This document shows positions 16,118-20,000 of a stretch of 20,000 nt of DNA, piece after piece. The position numbers and the translations under genes were made by a program. The stretch lies in the IMG/VR virus record IMGVR_UViG_3300048503_000037; one strand, given 5' to 3'. The notes beneath the pieces are model-generated. The model saw only the letters and a list, made by a program, of their open reading frames with translations. It ran no database searches and had not been told where the DNA came from. The stretch is from an uncultured virus (IMG/VR IMGVR_UViG_3300048503_000037) (Duplodnaviria; Heunggongvirae; Uroviricota; Caudoviricetes). Within the stretch, counting starts at the first letter, position 1, and each line of letters begins with the position of its first letter.

Positions 16118-16393
16118 TCATCTGACACTCCCTAGAGGCTCGTCCGACTCGCACATCTCGCAGGTCGTATGCTTGCGTGCGGCGCGAAGTCTCACAACAT
16201 CCCCGCTTAAATCGCCGTCGGAAAGCTCAATATGAACCTCCAGGCAACTGTGGCGCGTGGCTTCTGGGATCTCCATACTGCGGGCACTCTGCGATTGCCA
16301 CTGCTTGAGAAATCGGCGAATCTCAGGCTCGACCATCTCCGGGTGACCCACAATCTCGACGATGAGGTATGCACGGCTGACGGGACTGGTCAC
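16118..16393 (-). CDS. Hypothetical protein (91 aa)
   Basis: GTGA overlap with the upstream gene; C-terminal CxxC. Confidence 0.7.
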   Translation of the reverse strand: MTSPVSRAYLIVEIVGHPEMVEPEIRRFLKQWQSQSARSMEIPEATRHSCLEVHIELSDGDLSGDVVRLRAARKHTTCEMCESDEPLGSVR

Positions 16394-16737
16394 TGTACTG
16401 GTGCTCCCACCACGGCCAGTTTGGGCTGGTTGGCCTTCGCAATGGCGTCTTGCTCGGCTTCCAGTTTCTTCTGAGCCTCGGCCGCCTCGTGTTCGCGCCG
16501 CACCGCTTCCTGGTGCTGGAACTCGCTGATCGCGTTCTTGGTCTCGTCCTGGCGGAGCTGGAACTCGGTTTGCAGCATGTTGAGAATGCTGCCGTGGACC
16601 TGGATGGAGTAGCCGCGCAGGCGCTTGCCGATGGCGATGTACTCAGTTTGGAGGTTGTTGATTGCGGTGGCGACTGGCACGTTGGCGATGGCGCCGACGC
16701 GCTCCTGTAGGCTTTCGGCCTGGTTCTTGCTATTCAT
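16390..16737 (-). CDS. Hypothetical coiled-coil protein (115 aa)
   Basis: AAGGA RBS, ATGA overlap, strongly GC-rich third codon positions. Confidence 0.8.
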   Translation of the reverse strand: MNSKNQAESLQERVGAIANVPVATAINNLQTEYIAIGKRLRGYSIQVHGSILNMLQTEFQLRQDETKNAISEFQHQEAVRREHEAAEAQKKLEAEQDAIAKANQPKLAVVGAPVQ

Positions 16738-16958
16738 GCTTTCCTTTCGATGCCAAGATTGGCGTTGTTGAGATCGTCTGACTGCCAGTAGGAGCTCCCG
16801 CCGACCGTCACAATGAGGTCGCCACGCTTGACGGTTGATGGCAGCTTGCGGTTGAGCAGCAGCGTATTGCCGTCGTCAACCCCCATCACCATAGCCCGGC
16901 AGCGCACCTTGCGCCCATTCGGGCTGATAATCAACACGTGGTCGCCAACTGAGATCAT
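16734..16958 (-). CDS. Small beta-barrel-like hypothetical protein (74 aa)
   Basis: GAGGT RBS; SH3/KOW-like opening MISVGDHVLI. Confidence 0.7.
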   Translation of the reverse strand: MISVGDHVLIISPNGRKVRCRAMVMGVDDGNTLLLNRKLPSTVKRGDLIVTVGGSSYWQSDDLNNANLGIERKA

Positions 16959-16965
16959 GACCGCG

Positions 16966-17133
16966 TTACCTCAGCCTGGCAACTATGTAGCCTTCAAGCG
17001 TCGTGTCGGATGGGAGATCTGCTCGCGCACCGTCTGCGTCTGTCTTGGACGTGTACCACCCAATCAACTCGACGCCAGTGATCCCCTCAGTTGGTGACCA
17101 CGTTTGTTTTAGCAACAACCATACTCTAATCAT
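16966..17133 (-). CDS. Hypothetical protein (55 aa, MIRVWLLLKQ...)
   Basis: ATG 17133 overlaps the upstream TGA. Confidence 0.65.
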   Translation of the reverse strand: MIRVWLLLKQTWSPTEGITGVELIGWYTSKTDADGARADLPSDTTLEGYIVARLR

Positions 17134-17630
17134 GGCCGCAACCTGATCCTTTCGGTTTGGTACGTCAGCCGCTGGCCTTCTTCTCCGCGGCCATTGGGCT
17201 TGCACTCAAGATTACACGCCGGCCCGTCGGGGTAGTGCCACATCCACGTCGGCTTGAGCTGCTTCTCGCGGTACTCGCGCGCCGCTGGGCCCAACAAGAT
17301 GCGGCCGCAGTTTGGGCACAGCCGAAACTCCACTGCAAACATGGTTCCTGAGCCCCCTGCTTCCCGGTCCAACAAAATCAAACTCTTGGCAGCTCGCCGG
17401 CTTAGGCACCAGAACTCTTGCGGCGTGAACGTCAACCCCGCCGGCAGGTCGTGGGGCGAGAAGGTGTCCAAGTCCGCCGCAGTTGCAGTCAAGGTCACGA
17501 ACCACACTCGGCGGCAGACCGGCACCGACCGATACGCCTTCATCCGGCGTCGCCGAACCCAGGCACTGCGCTTCTCCAGCACCGATTCCCGCTTGGGGTC
17601 GTCCCAATCCTTGTACCTCAAATCTGCCAT
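17130..17630 (-). CDS. Basic hypothetical protein with putative Zn site
   Basis: CPNC...CNLEC and an Arg-rich N-terminus. Start uncertain. Confidence 0.7.
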   Translation of the reverse strand: MADLRYKDWDDPKRESVLEKRSAWVRRRRMKAYRSVPVCRRVWFVTLTATAADLDTFSPHDLPAGLTFTPQEFWCLSRRAAKSLILLDREAGGSGTMFAVEFRLCPNCGRILLGPAAREYREKQLKPTWMWHYPDGPACNLECKPNGRGEEGQRLTYQTERIRLRP

Positions 17631-17742
17631 GCTGGTGGTCCATCGAACCCTCTGCAATCGCTCTCAGGTCAACGTAGAGGCTTGTTTTTGCCAATTTTTG
17701 TGTCTTTGGCATGATTCTTTGCAAGTGCCTCAAAAGTGAGCA

Positions 17743-18117
17743 CTATACAAGTTGCATCACCTTAGCGCCTTGTGGCCCACCGCTCGGCACACCCTTCCAT
17801 ATCCGCCCATACACGTACACCGCCACGTTGCGCTGGCTCCCGGCCACGTACTTCAATATCCCGTCGCGCACCAGCTTCTCAACCTCAGCCCGCGTATGGT
17901 GACGATGTGTGCACCTGGGACCGTGGCAAGGCTGGTCAACGCCCCACCGCTCCAGCATGGCGCCATGGTGACCATCCAGCACACACACACGCCGCAGTTC
18001 TTTGCTCGCCGGCGGCCGCTGCAATCCCTTGGGTTGTTTGGGTGCGTATCTGAAAACTCGGCCCCGAATGTGCGTCTCGACCCTGTTTCCGGTCTGAATC
18101 GTCTCGAAATGAGCCAA
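17743..18117 (-). CDS. Hypothetical protein, first gene of the leftward operon
   Basis: TTG at 18117 behind AAGAGG; Cys/His cluster CHGPRCTHRH. The upstream part of the 295-aa track ORF overlaps promoter DNA. Confidence 0.65.
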   Translation of the reverse strand: MAHFETIQTGNRVETHIRGRVFRYAPKQPKGLQRPPASKELRRVCVLDGHHGAMLERWGVDQPCHGPRCTHRHHTRAEVEKLVRDGILKYVAGSQRNVAVYVYGRIWKGVPSGGPQGAKVMQLV

Positions 18118-18288
18118 GTAGCCTCTTTTCAGATACCTACGGCTTAATCTGGCCTTTTCGGTCCATGCTATTGAGCCGCATGGCAGGCAGCAGTCGAGGG
18201 CATCGGGCCAGATGGGCGGTGACGCCTCGCGCTCACGATCGGGCGGGGAGTGGCTGTGTGCTTCCCCCTCGTTCCCCCACGATTTCAG

Positions 18289-18317
18289 ACGATAGAACAG
18301 ATTGTTCGTGGTGTCAA
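18289..18317 (-). promoter_or_regulatory. Leftward sigma70-type promoter with palindromic operator in the spacer
   Basis: TTGACA (18317-18312), 17 nt, TATCGT (18294-18289). GAACA-n3-TGTTC at 18295-18307. Confidence 0.7.
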
Positions 18318-18426
18318 AGTTTATTTTAGCAGCACGCAAGGCGCGGTTTGCATACCCAGCGGCTAAAGCGCGCGGCGAGATCGCTGTAAAAAACTTCATC
18401 GCACAGCAGCAGCTGAAGATTGTTTT

Positions 18427-18502
18427 GGAGTAACCTCCGCCGAGCCGCATCCACGGTACGTGGAGCGTGAGGTTGGTAACCTCGGGCGGTACGTAACCCG
18501 CC
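18427..18502. repeat. Cluster of four tandem short palindromes
   Basis: ggag/ctcc, tccacg/cgtgga, gaggtt/aacctc, ggcgg/ccgcc; GTAACC occurs three times. Confidence 0.6.
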
Positions 18503-18514
18503 AGAAAGCCTCCC

Positions 18515-18718
18515 ATGAGATATAGCCCCGCCTGGGACCTCTCTACGATACCGCGCGAGCTGGTCCGCGCCGAATACGCCAAGAGCATCAAACCGCCCGC
18601 CCCCCGCGCTCGCGTCGAACTGCCTTGCATCCAATGTGCTCATCCTCTCAGCGCCCGCGAGCGGCGGAAACCATGCCCTAAATGCGGCTCTCGCCAGCCA
18701 CGGGAGTCAAAGGGATAA
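18515..18718 (+). CDS. Zn-ribbon protein (67 aa)
   Basis: CIQC-x12-CPKC; first rightward ORF. Confidence 0.7.
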   Translation: MRYSPAWDLSTIPRELVRAEYAKSIKPPAPRARVELPCIQCAHPLSARERRKPCPKCGSRQPRESKG

Positions 18719-18733
18719 TTCCCTTTATTTTAG

Positions 18734-18775
18734 TACACGCTTGACACGTCCATACGTTACGTGTAGTTTTGTGAC
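18734..18775 (+). promoter_or_regulatory. Sigma70-type leaderless promoter with ACGT-core operator-like repeats
   Basis: TTGACA 18741-18746, 17 nt, TAGTTT 18764-18769, ATG 6 nt later. TACACG/CGTGTA inverted repeat. Confidence 0.7.
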
Positions 18776-18925
18776 ATGGCTGATTTACGTGTTAACGACT
18801 TCGATCCTGCGCTGCTAAAGCAGTTGAAAATGGCTGCTGTAGACGCGGAGGTTACGTTGAAGCAGTTCGTGACGAGCGCGCTGCGCGCGGCGATGAGGAA
18901 CCAAACTCAACCCAAGAAAGGCTAG
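18776..18925 (+). CDS. Ribbon-helix-helix (Arc/FitA-like) regulator, 49 aa
   Basis: Manually read MADLRVNDFDPALLKQLKMAAVDAEVTLKQFVTSALRAAMRNQTQPKKG; below the track cutoff. Confidence 0.75.
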   Translation: MADLRVNDFDPALLKQLKMAAVDAEVTLKQFVTSALRAAMRNQTQPKKG

Positions 18926-18929
18926 ACCG

Positions 18930-19232
18930 ATGACACAACTCAACACATCCCAGCAGTACGTTGTTGACATGGCTGACGCCATTTTCAACGCTGTAGCCCG
19001 GCCCGCGCCGGTCTCCAACTGGACCCCTCTGGTAAACCTCGTCGGCGCGCGCGAGGCTGGCGACTTCATGCTCATGGGCAACGATGGCGACCTGATGCTG
19101 TACAAGCACATCAACAGCCGCCGCTACCTCAACATCAACCGCATCTCGGGCCGGACGTTCAAGTTTGTAGCGTGCGACCGGGAATATACCGCCATCCCTC
19201 ATGATGAGGCGCTGGCTTATGTGAGGGGGTAA
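18930..19232 (+). CDS. Hypothetical protein with YKHxxxRRYLN motif (100 aa)
   Basis: AAAGG RBS, coupled to the RHH gene, GC-rich third codon positions. Confidence 0.8.
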   Translation: MTQLNTSQQYVVDMADAIFNAVARPAPVSNWTPLVNLVGAREAGDFMLMGNDGDLMLYKHINSRRYLNINRISGRTFKFVACDREYTAIPHDEALAYVRG

Positions 19233-19233
19233 A

Positions 19234-19659
19234 ATGAAGCATACAATCACTTTGGCTCTTGTCTTGGCGGCCTGTAGCGCGCCCGCGTGGTCTCAGGCTG
19301 TCAAGCCAGCTCTCCAGACCATTCAATATGCTCTGGCGCCCAGCCAGCACGGCACGGTTCGCGTCGTACCCTTGTCGCTGGCAGGGGAATACGCGGGGAA
19401 CCTCGGCCCCTTGCACATCAAGCTGCATCTGCGTGTCACCAACCAGGGCGAGCTGGCCGGCACTCTTGACGGAGACGACGTGACCGGCATCAAGGTTGAC
19501 AATTTCGCCACCGCGCAGAGCCTCGAAGGCTACACACTTTCGTTCCGCATTCCCACGCTGCCGGCATTCTGGACGGGGGAAGTCGGCGCCGATGGCACAT
19601 TGCGCGGCGCCTGGCGCCAAGGCGGCAATACTCAACCTTTGAAGCTCGTTCGGAGGTAG
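19234..19659 (+). CDS. Secreted small beta-barrel-like protein (141 aa)
   Basis: GAGGGG RBS, signal peptide ...APAWSQ, beta-strand pattern ending GxWxQGG..PLxLxR. Confidence 0.8.
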   Translation: MKHTITLALVLAACSAPAWSQAVKPALQTIQYALAPSQHGTVRVVPLSLAGEYAGNLGPLHIKLHLRVTNQGELAGTLDGDDVTGIKVDNFATAQSLEGYTLSFRIPTLPAFWTGEVGADGTLRGAWRQGGNTQPLKLVRR

Positions 19660-19662
19660 GTC

Positions 19663-19899
19663 GTGGATAAGTTGACAGGGGCCCTTGTCGTATTGCTCAT
19701 CCTTACACTGGCGGTCGCCGGCTATCTGGGGTGGGTCGCAGCCCAGCGCACCCTTCGCGAGCACGCGGAACTGCAAGAAACGCTGCGGCACAAGCACTTC
19801 ATGGATGCCGTATACGGATCGACCGAGATCCGCCCGCCGGTGCCTAAACACCCAACCGATTCAAAGAAGTACAAGATTTGGGAGAACTATAAGCCATGA
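19663..19899 (+). CDS. Single-TM hypothetical protein (78 aa)
   Basis: GGAGGT RBS, GTG start, N-terminal TM. Confidence 0.75.
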   Translation: MDKLTGALVVLLILTLAVAGYLGWVAAQRTLREHAELQETLRHKHFMDAVYGSTEIRPPVPKHPTDSKKYKIWENYKP

Positions 19900-20000
19900 C
19901 TTACGTTCGCGCAGCACTGTTGGGACTTATCGTAGCCGCCGGATTCGTCGCGTTCGCCTCCGGCGTCGTGTGGGCCGCGGCGCAGATCGGGGTGAAGTGA
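19896..20000 (+). CDS. 34-aa hydrophobic peptide (MTYVRAALLGLIVAAGFVAFASGVVWAAAQIGVK)
   Basis: ATGA overlap with the upstream stop; TGA at 19998-20000. Confidence 0.6.
   Translation: MTYVRAALLGLIVAAGFVAFASGVVWAAAQIGVK

Larger units (their letters stand above)
1..20000. mobile_element. Phage/prophage segment: fibre/spike module, lysis-like module and divergent regulatory region
   Basis: Dense co-oriented small ORFs with ATGA-type overlaps, tail-fibre motifs (GGTGATTAxxAxxNLG, GTGVTI..SDGTN), holin-like and peptidoglycan-enzyme genes, RHH regulators, no housekeeping genes. No ends or att sites visible. Confidence 0.85.

Noticed and set aside
17212..17733. 173-aa alternate-frame ORF
   Set aside because: It overlaps 17130..17630, which has the Cys motif and stop-start coupling with the next gene.
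18295..18307. LexA (SOS) box
   Set aside because: GAAC-N5-GTTC does not fit the Gram-positive GAAC-N4-GTTC or the GTTC-N7-GTTC type. Kept only as a generic operator.
18427..18502. tRNA gene
   Set aside because: No TTC-containing T-loop, D-loop or acceptor-stem geometry.
18118..18630. N-terminal extension of the 295-aa ORF 17743..18630
   Set aside because: It overlaps a good promoter, the palindrome cluster and the opposite-strand Zn-ribbon gene. An RBS-TTG exists at 18117.

Overview
A phage or prophage segment, probably from an Acidobacteria-like high-GC diderm host (inferred from protein style, not a database hit). No capsid, terminase, portal, integrase or replication gene is recognisable. 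A divergent control region at about 18.1-18.5 kb separates a short rightward block from a leftward operon of about 18 kb. The rightward block holds a Zn-ribbon protein, a leaderless ribbon-helix-helix (RHH) regulator and small membrane or secreted ORFs. The leftward operon contains, in transcription order: small hypothetical ORFs; five Gly/Thr/Ser/Cys-rich proteins with tail-fibre or tailspike motifs, including three tandem paralogues and a giant spike with beta-helix-like and SGNH-esterase regions and a frameshifted 3' end; an RHH-led mini-operon of small ORFs joined by 25-bp RBS-containing repeats; and a lysis-like block with a holin candidate, a coiled-coil membrane protein and a Tlde1/DUF2778 L,D-transpeptidase-family enzyme. 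The most striking signal is that all five fibre-like proteins start with a Sec-type signal peptide whose predicted mature protein begins with Gln. This suggests receptor-binding appendages that are exported and disulfide-folded rather than assembled in the cytoplasm. Several structured intergenic elements are also visible. All family assignments come from motif recognition by eye.
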